A DNA stretch of 64,000 bases from Candidatus Latescibacterota bacterium (GTDB lineage Bacteria; Latescibacterota; UBA2968; UBA8231), in NCBI GenBank assembly GCA_963422735.1, contig OY730476.1, positions 1,728,001 to 1,792,000 of the forward strand, in the 5' to 3' direction. Both the position numbers and the translations under genes were made by a program. The notes below the pieces were generated by a model, which saw nothing but the letters and a program-made list of their open reading frames with translations, did no database searches and was not told the DNA's origin. Below are positions 19,180-28,349 of this stretch, piece after piece; the first letter of the stretch is position 1, and the number at the start of each line of letters is the position of its first letter.

Positions 19180-20097
19180 ATGACTATGGTTCTCGATGAA
19201 TCCGTACCGATTACATACAACTGGAACGAACCCGTATCGCCAACGGCTGGGGGTCCTAATCTAGCCATATCGCCGGTGCCTCCTTCGGAAGATGATTCGG
19301 CAGCAGAAGATCTACGCAGTACCTCTCAGCTTAGAGAACACCGAGAGGCCAAACTCATATCACCCAAAACGGCATACGCGGGAGATTCGAGGTGGAGTGG
19401 AGTAGGAGAACATCTCTTTACGAGCCGGATTGCGGAGGATTTTCCCACGCCTCCTGATGCCTTATTGGGTCTTGAACAAATCGATAAAACAAGCGAAGAT
19501 ATCTCATTGGAATCACTCCAAACGGCCTTACAGAACGTCTTCGATATTCTCAAACGGCATTACAATACCCATCCCATGTCGGCGTATGTATCTCCGTATG
19601 TATCTTCAACGTGGAATGAGGGAGGAAAGCACCACGTCTGGTTTGAAGTACGCCGGATTGCGGAACGTTTTTCCGGGGCGTTTCCCGTTGCCTTATTCGG
19701 TCTTGAGCAGAGCAACGACGAGGCGAGGGAAGAGGGCTTACCCGCTCCGCTCGCCAATGCCCTGCGCGATCTTCACGAATTAATCGCCGAGGCGCACGAA
19801 GAAGAAATTGCGCCGCCTTCCGAATCGGCTATGGCCGACGCGGATAGTCTGATACGAGCAATCTATGACATACGGCCACGTCAATATCTGGTGGAACTCC
19901 TGCCGGAGGGGGTTATTGCTATCACTATTCCCGGTGGGTTTCGGTGTTCAGTTATGTTGTTGTGCGAATCTGAGGGCGGGGCACTGTGCTCTGTCAACAT
20001 AAACGGCAAACACCGACGCAAACGGTACTTACGTACGGACCAACTATTGCCGGATAGTTTTCTGCGCGAAGCCTTGCGTGAATTGGAACGGGAGTAG
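19180..20097 (+). CDS. Hypothetical protein with an internal duplication
   Basis: 305-aa ORF, AAGGAGG SD, lower GC. Repeated RIAE.F....AL.GLEQ. Confidence 0.7.
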   Translation: MTMVLDESVPITYNWNEPVSPTAGGPNLAISPVPPSEDDSAAEDLRSTSQLREHREAKLISPKTAYAGDSRWSGVGEHLFTSRIAEDFPTPPDALLGLEQIDKTSEDISLESLQTALQNVFDILKRHYNTHPMSAYVSPYVSSTWNEGGKHHVWFEVRRIAERFSGAFPVALFGLEQSNDEAREEGLPAPLANALRDLHELIAEAHEEEIAPPSESAMADADSLIRAIYDIRPRQYLVELLPEGVIAITIPGGFRCSVMLLCESEGGALCSVNINGKHRRKRYLRTDQLLPDSFLREALRELERE

Positions 20098-20102
20098 GCT
20101 AG

Positions 20103-20528
20103 TTGGCTTACATAAACCCTCCTCAGAGCATATCTCTAAAAGAGACTTTGGGGCGGGGTGTATTTTCAGGCAAACAAGCACGTCGAGCTAAAAATGGGAT
20201 AGTTCCCCGTCATGCATTTCTCGAGCGGCGGGGGGAAGTGAATATATCCGTTGATCGGCTTGGTTTCGCTGAACCTGAAGAGATGGAGACGCTTGGCGAC
20301 AGTGTAGCAGTTGGCCGCAGTGTAGGCCGTGAGGTCACTTTTTATGGCTGGGCTTTCATTGCCGCTGAAGACGCCGGAAGCAATAAGCGGCGGGTGGTTG
20401 CCACTCCAAGACCCGATAATCCATACCATACAGACATTATCTTGCCCGACTCCACAGCTGAAGACCGCGACGAACAAATTCGTCACGCCCAAAAGCTGGC
20501 GCGAACGCCCGGACTCTACGAAAATTGA
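20103..20528 (+). CDS. Hypothetical protein, possibly RES/ADP-ribosyltransferase-like fold
   Basis: Pattern LGRGVFS..HAFL..ISVDRL..YGWA..NPYHTDI. TTG start after GGAG. Confidence 0.5.
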   Translation: MAYINPPQSISLKETLGRGVFSGKQARRAKNGIVPRHAFLERRGEVNISVDRLGFAEPEEMETLGDSVAVGRSVGREVTFYGWAFIAAEDAGSNKRRVVATPRPDNPYHTDIILPDSTAEDRDEQIRHAQKLARTPGLYEN

Positions 20529-20845
20529 CGAATGACTCTTTTTGTTGGATTGGAACTGCCAGCCAATGAAGCGTATCAAGACGAGGCGTGCCAAGCCCTT
20601 GACCTCTCTGTCTTGGTGGAGCTGTTGCACCTTCCTGAAGCAGCTTTTGAACCGTTTGTCATTTTGAGCGACCAATGGTGCAACGAGCCGAGTGTCCACG
20701 GTGGCCAGAAGGCATAGTATTGACTCAATCGAGAATAAAATCGACCTAATCGGCTTCTCGGGCTTCCTCGCAAGAGCTTGACCCAGCAGGCGGATTGCAT
20801 TAACTCACTCTGGGCGGCCAAAGCGAAGCGAAAGACAGGTGCAAA

Positions 20846-22786
20846 GTGGACCTAGACGAACTGCTGAGCGACGTAGATACAGACGAAATGCTGCGCCTCT
20901 ACGACGAGGCGGCTGAGGAACTGCTGCAAGTCGCCATAAGCGATGGCCACTTCGCCGACTGCGATCCAAGCAAAATCACCTGGCCGGTGGCCGGGGATCT
21001 TGGCGCACTTGTGCGACGCGCCGAACTGATCGGCACCATTCACGAGGGCATCCCCTCACTCCGCGACAAGCGCCTGCAAGAGGCTTATGACCACTACGAG
21101 CGCGTCGGCCCGGCGTACCACCAAGCGAACCGCCTCTACCTAGCAACGCGCCAGCTCTTCGTCAAACGCGGGCGCGGCGACGCGCTCGACTTCCACGCGC
21201 TCTACCAATCGGTCTATCTACACGCCCTAGGCCGAGACAATCCCTACACGCTTGACGAAGGCGAGGCGGCCCTCGTCAAGCTGCGGGTCGCCCGCGTCCC
21301 GCTGTCCCACGCCCACGCCGTCGCCGAGAAGCTGCAGGCCGGTACGGCGCAAAAAGAGCCCGCGACCGACTCGACAGAAGATCTACGCCTCGCAGAGCAC
21401 TACGCCTGTGAAAGCGACGGAGTGCGCCACGCTGGGACGCTCGGCGACCTGCTCAGCGAGGTTGCCGAGCGCGTCGTCGATTACCTCGCCGCTGGCGAGC
21501 ACTTCGCCATCCGCTTCAACACCTATAGCAACTTCATCTATCTTGGTATATCGGTGTGGAAGGCCATCACGGACGCCGACTTGCTCTTGGCCCGCATCGA
21601 GGGCCGGGTGCGCACCCAATGGCACCAAAAGCTGGGCAAGCTGGTCCTGCTGGGTAAGGCCATGCTGCTCAAGTTCCTCCAAGCCCACTCCGAAGATCCC
21701 GCTCAAATCAAGCCGAGGGAATTTTGGTACGGCCAAGAGTACAGCTACCTGACGCGCGACATGATCGACCTGACACGCCGCTTAGTCGGCTACGTCAACC
21801 GACTAGCGAGCCGGGTGCGCGGGGGGATTGATCCAGTGGTTCTGCCGCCACTGCTCGACGGCAAGGCCAAGGGCCGTTTTCTCGAATACCAGCACGTCGG
21901 GCGACGCCAGACCTTCGGCCCATGGCACCGCCGGGCGCGTCTCTTGCGCTGGGCTCTCCTCTACTATCGCACCGGCCGCAAAAAAATGAGCCTCCTAGCG
22001 GCTCAGCTCGAGGAAGCGGAGCGTCTCAAAGCGGCCAGCGTCCAAAGCGGCGAATGGGGGAGGGAATCGCTGGATATTTTCGGCATTGAACTGACCATAA
22101 GCGCCGACCCGCTCTTCGCCGCCACCGCGCGTGCCCTCGACCTAGCCAACAAACAGGAGAAGGTCCTTTTTCTTCCCACGCACCGCAGCCTCTTCGACCA
22201 TCCGGTGATGAGCAGCCTGCTCCACGACCCCCGCTTCCTCAAACTGATCGGCTGGCGCGAACCCCCCACGCCCGTGATCCTCGCCCGCGCCCGACTCACC
22301 GAACCCGCAACCCTGCGCATCGGCGGCCGCTCTTTTTCGCTGATTGGCTTTACTACCGAGGAAGTTGACAACATGATGGAGGCCGTTGACGGGCACGTCA
22401 TTATGACCCGCTCGGCCGACGCGAAAAACCCCACGCGCCGCTTTGCCAAGCTCCTCGCCAAGCGGCCGGGCGTCGTCTATGGCGAGGGTACCACCGCCGC
22501 CTTCGAGCCTCAGTGCCTGCCCATGCAGCACGCGCTCTTTGCTTACCTGCCGCCCGACGTGATCATCGTGCCGCTGGCTTTTCGCGGCATCCACTCGCTG
22601 TGGCCCAAATGTCCCCGCGGCAATCTCGACATCGGCAGCGGACGGGTCGAAGTGGTGGTTTGCCCGCCGATGCTCGGCGAAACCACGCTCCTGCCGCGCA
22701 AGCGCGCGCTGCGCACCCAGCTAGAGCCGGCGACGCTATTCCAAGCCGTACACATCGCACGGCTTTTTAATCCGTTGCCAGCCTAA
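20846..22786 (+). CDS. Large protein with a C-terminal PlsC-like acyltransferase domain
   Basis: PTHRSLFD (HxxxxD), VYGEGT, IVPLAFRG. The ~420-aa helical N-terminus is unrecognised. Confidence 0.75.
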   Translation: MDLDELLSDVDTDEMLRLYDEAAEELLQVAISDGHFADCDPSKITWPVAGDLGALVRRAELIGTIHEGIPSLRDKRLQEAYDHYERVGPAYHQANRLYLATRQLFVKRGRGDALDFHALYQSVYLHALGRDNPYTLDEGEAALVKLRVARVPLSHAHAVAEKLQAGTAQKEPATDSTEDLRLAEHYACESDGVRHAGTLGDLLSEVAERVVDYLAAGEHFAIRFNTYSNFIYLGISVWKAITDADLLLARIEGRVRTQWHQKLGKLVLLGKAMLLKFLQAHSEDPAQIKPREFWYGQEYSYLTRDMIDLTRRLVGYVNRLASRVRGGIDPVVLPPLLDGKAKGRFLEYQHVGRRQTFGPWHRRARLLRWALLYYRTGRKKMSLLAAQLEEAERLKAASVQSGEWGRESLDIFGIELTISADPLFAATARALDLANKQEKVLFLPTHRSLFDHPVMSSLLHDPRFLKLIGWREPPTPVILARARLTEPATLRIGGRSFSLIGFTTEEVDNMMEAVDGHVIMTRSADAKNPTRRFAKLLAKRPGVVYGEGTTAAFEPQCLPMQHALFAYLPPDVIIVPLAFRGIHSLWPKCPRGNLDIGSGRVEVVVCPPMLGETTLLPRKRALRTQLEPATLFQAVHIARLFNPLPA

Positions 22787-23399
22787 CCTAGATTGTCTCC
22801 CAACTAGGGTAGTGGACCGGCTCAGGGCCTCTAGGAATACGAGTCCCTCGTGCCTCTTTCCTTTTACTCGCCCGTCATCTCGGCCAAGGTCGCCAGAGCG
22901 GTTCGTTCCCATCTGGCGAGGGTACACAGCCGCGGCTGAATGCGCGGTACTACACTCGTCGTTTCCTTGGCCGCCCCTTTGAAGCACAAATTCTTCACCA
23001 CAAACCAGCTTTGGGAAATCGACTCAAATTCTCGGCTGAGGTCATTTAGACGGGGAAGCTAGCAAACCTGAGCCGCATGGTGGAGAAAGCGACTATGGCC
23101 TTCGCGGAGTAAGGCGATTTCCAAAAGCAATTGAGCGCATCGTCCTAAGCGAGCTTTGAGGAACGGCTTTTCGTACTCCTTCCAAGTTCCAGTATCCTCG
23201 GAGAGTCGCTCAATACCCTCCAGACCCACAGCGAGATTCGCTTGCCCGCTGGACGGACGCGGACATGCTGCGCAGGTTGCGCTGTAGGAGGGCACGGGCA
23301 GCTTTGGGCCGTAGGACAAGCCGTCGCTTCGACACCTCCAGCCAGAACCAGTTTATCGGTCCTGCCCCTCTCTGACCATCGCGCCCATATCCCAACTGG

Positions 23400-23481
23400 C
23401 ATAGTGAATAGTGGACAGTGAATAGTGAATAGAGGGAAGCGGGAACTAACCACTGATCACTAACCACTAACCACTAACCAC
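23400..23481. repeat. Two adjacent heptamer tandem arrays, (AGTGAAT)n and (CTAACCA)n
   Basis: atagtgaatagtggacagtgaatagtgaatag followed by ctaaccactgatcactaaccactaaccactaaccac. Confidence 0.8.
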
Positions 23482-23534
23482 CTCATTTGCCACGACTTGC
23501 ATTGTGTTGAGATTCGCCGACTAAAGTACACACC

Positions 23535-26500
23535 CTAAAAGAGCGATAGCTGCTCAGCCCGCCGCCGGCGCGGCATGGCCACATCCTCGCGCACGAGCAA
23601 CCGAGCGGGGATCTCGTCCACAAACGGCGATAGCGCACACTGCACCCGCTCGCCATAGCACTGGCGGCTGCGCGCCCGGAGCAATACCAGTTCCTCCTCG
23701 GCTCGCGTCATGCCCACGTAAAAGAGCCGCCGCTCCTCGGCGAGATCGGCGTCCCGCTCGCGAAAGGGGATGAGTCCGTCCTCTACCCCGCAGATAAAAA
23801 CCACTGGAAATTCCAAGCCCTTGGCTGCGTGTAAGGTCATCAGCGCGACGGCCTCCGGGCCTTGGGGACCGCCCCGCTCCTCGTAGTCGGCCTCCGCGCC
23901 TAGGAGCACGGTCTCCAAAAGCTGCGCGAGCGTCCCGGCCGCGTCCGCTACTCGAGCTAGGTGCTCCAAGTCCTCGTCCTCCGGGTCGCCGAACTCGGCC
24001 TGCCAGCGGCGCACCCAAACACCCGGCCCCTCCTGCGTGGCCCATTGCCTGTACTCTGCTATTCGCGCCTCTAGCACCTCAACCCGAACCTGCGCCGCTG
24101 CCGACAGATCCCCCCGTTGTACTTGGCGCAAAATGTGCGGTTCCGCGCCTATGGCCTCTAGAGCCTGCCAGCGGCGCACATCCTCTTGCGAGATCGAGGC
24201 ATAACGAGCAAACGCCAAGGCGGCCCGCACCATCGGTGCTTGGAGAAAGCCCTTCTGCCCAACGAGCCGGTAGGGCAGGCCCTCCTTGCGGAAGCATTCC
24301 TCCAACACTTGGCCCTGTCGGCCGGTGCGGAAGAGCACGGCAAAATCGGCGAAGCTGCGGGTGCCCTCTGCGCCGGCATCGGCCTGTACCATATCGGTGC
24401 CGCCGACCATGCGGGCAATCTCCCGCACCACCGCAATACCTTCGGCCGTCTCGCCCGGCACCTCGATTAGGCGGAGCCGCCCCTTGCCCGGGCGCATGGC
24501 TACAAGTTCAATGGCCTCTCGCCCCGGATTGTGGCCAACGACGGCAGCGGCAGCTTCGACGATATGGCCCTGTGAGCGGTAATTCGCGCCTAGATGGAAG
24601 AGCCGCGTACCCGAGAAACGGTCTCGCAAGTCGGCGAAGTAGGCGGGCGAAGCTCCGCGAAAGCTGTAGATCGCTTGATCGGGGTCGCCGATGGCCATCA
24701 GGCCCGCGCCTTCACCCGCCAACTGGAGGACCAATCTATACTGCGCGGCGTTGAGATCTTGGAATTCGTCTATTAGCAGATAGGGAAAACGCGCTCGCAC
24801 CTGTTCCCGCACAGCTACATCCCCTTCTAAGAGGCGCAGCAAATCCAAGAGAATGTCGTCGTAGTCGCAAGCCCCGTACGCATGGAGGGCCGCCTGGTAA
24901 GCATCGTAATGCGGCCGCCACTCCTCGGCGATCTCATCCGGCCCTTGCGCGGCGGCCTTGGCCAGCGAGAGGGCTCGACTAGCGGCGGCAGCCGGGCCCG
25001 GCAAACCAGCGTCTGCCAGCGCTCCTTCCAGCAACCGGTGCGCTTCCACCTCGTCGAGAACCAGCTTTGGCTCGCAGCCCAACTGCCGCAAAAGCGACAA
25101 CGCCAAGCGGTGGAAGGTCCCCACCTGCATCGCTCCTAGCCCGGACTCACCGCCCAACAATGCGCTCAGCCGCTGCCGCATTTGTCCAGCCGCCCGCCGG
25201 GTAAAGGTAATGGCCATGATCCGCCCCGGGTCCACGCCGCTTGCGACCAGCCGGGCAATGCGCCGCGTCAGCACCCGGGTCTTGCCCGACCCTGGCCCGG
25301 CCACGACCACTAAAGGCCCTCCTGCGGCCTCTTCGATTTGCCGCTGTGCGGCGTCGGGCGCGGCCGCGTTCCGATCCGCTTGTGAGGGGCTAGCAGACCT
25401 TGGTGGCTGCACCGGCACTACTTCCTCAGCCATATTGGCAGCCGCCGGTCCCAAGTCGAACAATGCACCTTGCCCTTGTAAGCGCGTCCGCTCCTCCTCG
25501 CTGAACACGCTGATTGCGCCGTACTCCCCATCGTGGCCGGGGTAGATTTCGACTTCGCCGCAGCGCATCCGGCGCACGCTTTCGGCCACCAACGGCCCGC
25601 CGCAGCTTTCAATTGCCCCGAGCCCAGCGCGGCGCAAGACTTCGAGTTCCGGGCCTATTTCAGCCAAGAGCCGGTCGTACACGGCGCGGACTTTTTTGGT
25701 CTTAGGTCCCGCGCCAACCGCTGCGCCGATCACTTCGTCGAGTGGGATCAAGTACTCGTAGGGCGGGGCCACATCCGGGCGGAACCCCTCCGGGCGATCG
25801 GCCAGCCTTTCCACCCGGTGTAAAACCCCCACCGTCAGCTTGCGTCCGCACACCGGACAGATTCCCCCGGCGGCCAGCGTTTGCTCTGGCTTGTAGCACA
25901 CCGCGCACTTGCGGTGTCCGTCGTAGTGGTATTTACCTTCTTCGGGATAAAACTCCAAGGTGCCCAAAAAGCGTGCTGGGTCGCGGTCTTTGAGCGCAGA
26001 GTAAATGCCCGGATACGAGCACTCGGCGTCAAAACACGTGGCCTCGCGGGCCAGCTTTTGCGGAGAGTGCGCGTCGGAATTGGATACGATCGCATAGCGG
26101 TCCAGGGCCGACAGCCGCCAGTTCATCGGCGGATCCGAGGACAGGCCGGTCTCCACTGCGAAGATGTGCGGCAGCAAATCCTCGTAGCACTCCTCCAACG
26201 AGTCAAAGCCCGAAGAGGCCCCCAAAGCGGCAAAGTGCGGCGTCCATATATGGGCTGGGACGAAGAGCACGTTTTCGTCGGCTTCGAGACAGATTTCTAA
26301 AAGGTCGCGGCTGTCCAGCCCCAAAATGGGCCGGCCGTCGGACTGCAAGTTGCCAATGGCACCGAGGCGGCGGTTGAGTCGGGCTGCGGACTCGAGGGTA
26401 GGCAGGATGACGACGTGGTGGATCTTGCGAGTTTTGTCGCCCTTCTTATAGATGGTGCTGATTTCCACCGAAAGCATGAAACGCACGGCGCGACGGCAGC

Positions 26501-26741
26501 ACTCGGGCAACTCTTGTTCCACGGCGGCGCGACGGCCGGGTTCGAGCTGATACAGGCCCTCTTCGGCTGGTTCGAGTTGCTCAGATAATTCGGCAAACCA
26601 CTCGGGATGCGTGTAGTCCCCGGTGCCGACTACGTCAACGCCCTTGAGCACCGACCACTTGTGCAAATTGGAAGGGTTGAGGTTGCGGCTCGTCGCTCGC
26701 GCAAAGCGCGAGTGCAGATGCACGTCAATTATGAACTGCAT
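23535..26741 (-). CDS. Endonuclease Q (PHP)-UvrD/PcrA-like helicase fusion
   Basis: N-terminal DVHLHSRF, PAHIWTP, SNSDAHS, GKYHYDGHRKC..C..CPVC. C-terminal AGPGSGKT, LIDEFQD, GDPDQAIY, TLHAAKGLEF, EERRLFYVGMTRA. Confidence 0.9.
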   Translation of the reverse strand: MQFIIDVHLHSRFARATSRNLNPSNLHKWSVLKGVDVVGTGDYTHPEWFAELSEQLEPAEEGLYQLEPGRRAAVEQELPECCRRAVRFMLSVEISTIYKKGDKTRKIHHVVILPTLESAARLNRRLGAIGNLQSDGRPILGLDSRDLLEICLEADENVLFVPAHIWTPHFAALGASSGFDSLEECYEDLLPHIFAVETGLSSDPPMNWRLSALDRYAIVSNSDAHSPQKLAREATCFDAECSYPGIYSALKDRDPARFLGTLEFYPEEGKYHYDGHRKCAVCYKPEQTLAAGGICPVCGRKLTVGVLHRVERLADRPEGFRPDVAPPYEYLIPLDEVIGAAVGAGPKTKKVRAVYDRLLAEIGPELEVLRRAGLGAIESCGGPLVAESVRRMRCGEVEIYPGHDGEYGAISVFSEEERTRLQGQGALFDLGPAAANMAEEVVPVQPPRSASPSQADRNAAAPDAAQRQIEEAAGGPLVVVAGPGSGKTRVLTRRIARLVASGVDPGRIMAITFTRRAAGQMRQRLSALLGGESGLGAMQVGTFHRLALSLLRQLGCEPKLVLDEVEAHRLLEGALADAGLPGPAAAASRALSLAKAAAQGPDEIAEEWRPHYDAYQAALHAYGACDYDDILLDLLRLLEGDVAVREQVRARFPYLLIDEFQDLNAAQYRLVLQLAGEGAGLMAIGDPDQAIYSFRGASPAYFADLRDRFSGTRLFHLGANYRSQGHIVEAAAAVVGHNPGREAIELVAMRPGKGRLRLIEVPGETAEGIAVVREIARMVGGTDMVQADAGAEGTRSFADFAVLFRTGRQGQVLEECFRKEGLPYRLVGQKGFLQAPMVRAALAFARYASISQEDVRRWQALEAIGAEPHILRQVQRGDLSAAAQVRVEVLEARIAEYRQWATQEGPGVWVRRWQAEFGDPEDEDLEHLARVADAAGTLAQLLETVLLGAEADYEERGGPQGPEAVALMTLHAAKGLEFPVVFICGVEDGLIPFRERDADLAEERRLFYVGMTRAEEELVLLRARSRQCYGERVQCALSPFVDEIPARLLVREDVAMPRRRRAEQLSLF

Positions 26742-26771
26742 ATTGGATTCCCGTTGACCTGTAGGGTCGCC

Positions 26772-27668
26772 CTAATCCCGCTCGACCCAGTTGGCAACCA
26801 CAATGCCCACAGCCACCAATCCCATGCTGGCCAACAGATAGGGCGATATGACCTCGCCCAAAAGCGCAGCACTCAACAGTACGCCCACCACCGGCGTGAC
26901 AAAGCTGAAGCCCCCCAATCGCCCCGGCGAGTGGTGTTGGAGCAGAAAGACTAGGATGATAAAACACAACCCAGCGACGGCGACTCCTTGGTAGAGTACG
27001 CCGGCGACGACCGGGCCGGTTAGGACGTACTCGGCTTCGGATTCTAAGAGCGCGCTCCAAACGGCAAACAGCGGCAGGCTCAGTACGGCCTGCCAAAACA
27101 GAACCTGATAGGGATTAAGCCCCTGTACCAGCCGCTTGATCACCACCTGCCGCAAGCCCAACAACAAGCCGCTAGCGGCCACCATCGCGTCGCCGAGCAG
27201 ATGCTGCGTCTCGGCCAGCGCGAGCGACTCCCCAAACAACAATACCACGCCGGCAAACGAAATGACCAGGCCAAACCACCGCCCCAAGCCCAAGCGGTCG
27301 CCGACGAGCAAGTGTGCGAAGAGTGCCGTGAAGAAGGGATAGATATTGACCACCACCCCCGAGCGGCTGGCCGTGGTGTATTGAGTGCCGGCGTTCAAAA
27401 GCCATATTTGCAGCGCGAAAAGCAGCACCAAGCCGCCCAACCCCTTCCATTCGCTGAGGGGTATGCGCAGCCGAATACCAGCAAAAAGTGCCCCGATCCA
27501 TACGGTCAGGGCACCTAGTGCGAAGCGCAAACCAGCCATGGCCGCGGGCGGCACCCCTTCGAGACCCATCTTGATCGCCACCGGATTGCCGCCCCACAGT
27601 ACAGCGGTCACAAGAGCTAGAGAACCGGCCTTTAGCCCAATAGCCTCATTGCGGATTTCGACGGCCAA
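26772..27668 (-). CDS. DMT/EamA family transporter
   Basis: About 10 hydrophobic segments, LWGGNPVAIK, TPVVGVLLSAALLGE. Probable TTG start. Confidence 0.85.
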   Translation of the reverse strand: MAVEIRNEAIGLKAGSLALVTAVLWGGNPVAIKMGLEGVPPAAMAGLRFALGALTVWIGALFAGIRLRIPLSEWKGLGGLVLLFALQIWLLNAGTQYTTASRSGVVVNIYPFFTALFAHLLVGDRLGLGRWFGLVISFAGVVLLFGESLALAETQHLLGDAMVAASGLLLGLRQVVIKRLVQGLNPYQVLFWQAVLSLPLFAVWSALLESEAEYVLTGPVVAGVLYQGVAVAGLCFIILVFLLQHHSPGRLGGFSFVTPVVGVLLSAALLGEVISPYLLASMGLVAVGIVVANWVERD

Positions 27669-27669
27669 C

Positions 27670-28311
27670 TTAGTCGATGATCTCGGCCTTGGCGATGTAA
27701 TCGAGGTTGGGAAAGTTTTCTTTGAGATAGGTGCTGCCACGCATAGAGATTTGCTGCTGGGAAGGCTGCTGGCCGTACTCGGCGTTGATCTGGTCAACTA
27801 TTTCCATGCCCTCTACTACTTCGCCGAAGGGTGCAAAATTCTGGCCATCAAGTCTGCTATTGTCTCCCAAGTTGATAAAGAGCTGGGTCGTGCGCGTATT
27901 GGGCTGATTGGTTTTGGCGTACGTGATCCGTCCGCGCGTATTGCTCTGCTTGACCGGGTCGTCGAGGATATGGGCTTGGTGCCAGACCTTGTTCAGCTCT
28001 GGATTGCCGCTCAAGCCCCACTGCACTACAAAGTTAGGCATTACTCGGAAGAAGCGCTGCTCGTCGTAGAAACCATTGCGGACCAAGTTGTAGAAGCGGT
28101 CGGCACCGTGCGGTGCCCAGTCGCGCGTCACTTGGATGACCACCGGGCCGATACTAGTCTCCAAGCGCACTGCGAATTCGTCGGGCGCCTGCACCTTGAA
28201 GGCGTCACTTGCTGGATCCATTAGGCCCTCCTTGTTTGCTTTCCCACCTTGGCCGCCGGTTCCACAGCCGAAAGCCCAAAGTGCGATGATTAGTAGTGCG
28301 CTCCGCTTCAT
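27670..28311 (-). CDS. Cyclophilin-type peptidyl-prolyl isomerase, lipoprotein
   Basis: Lipobox AFGC, WAPHGADRF, FFRVMPNFVVQWG, RTTQLFIN, FAPFGEV. Confidence 0.9.
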   Translation of the reverse strand: MKRSALLIIALWAFGCGTGGQGGKANKEGLMDPASDAFKVQAPDEFAVRLETSIGPVVIQVTRDWAPHGADRFYNLVRNGFYDEQRFFRVMPNFVVQWGLSGNPELNKVWHQAHILDDPVKQSNTRGRITYAKTNQPNTRTTQLFINLGDNSRLDGQNFAPFGEVVEGMEIVDQINAEYGQQPSQQQISMRGSTYLKENFPNLDYIAKAEIID

Positions 28312-28349
28312 TTTTAATGCCTTTTTCTTGGTGTGTTTATTGATTTCCG

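Noticed and set aside
22790-23390. Short minus-strand ORFs between the acyltransferase and the heptamer arrays
   Set aside because: Possibly gene debris, but no recognisable motif or consistent frame.
23400-23481. CRISPR array or telomere-like repeat
   Set aside because: 7-bp tandem units with no spacers and no cas genes in the window.
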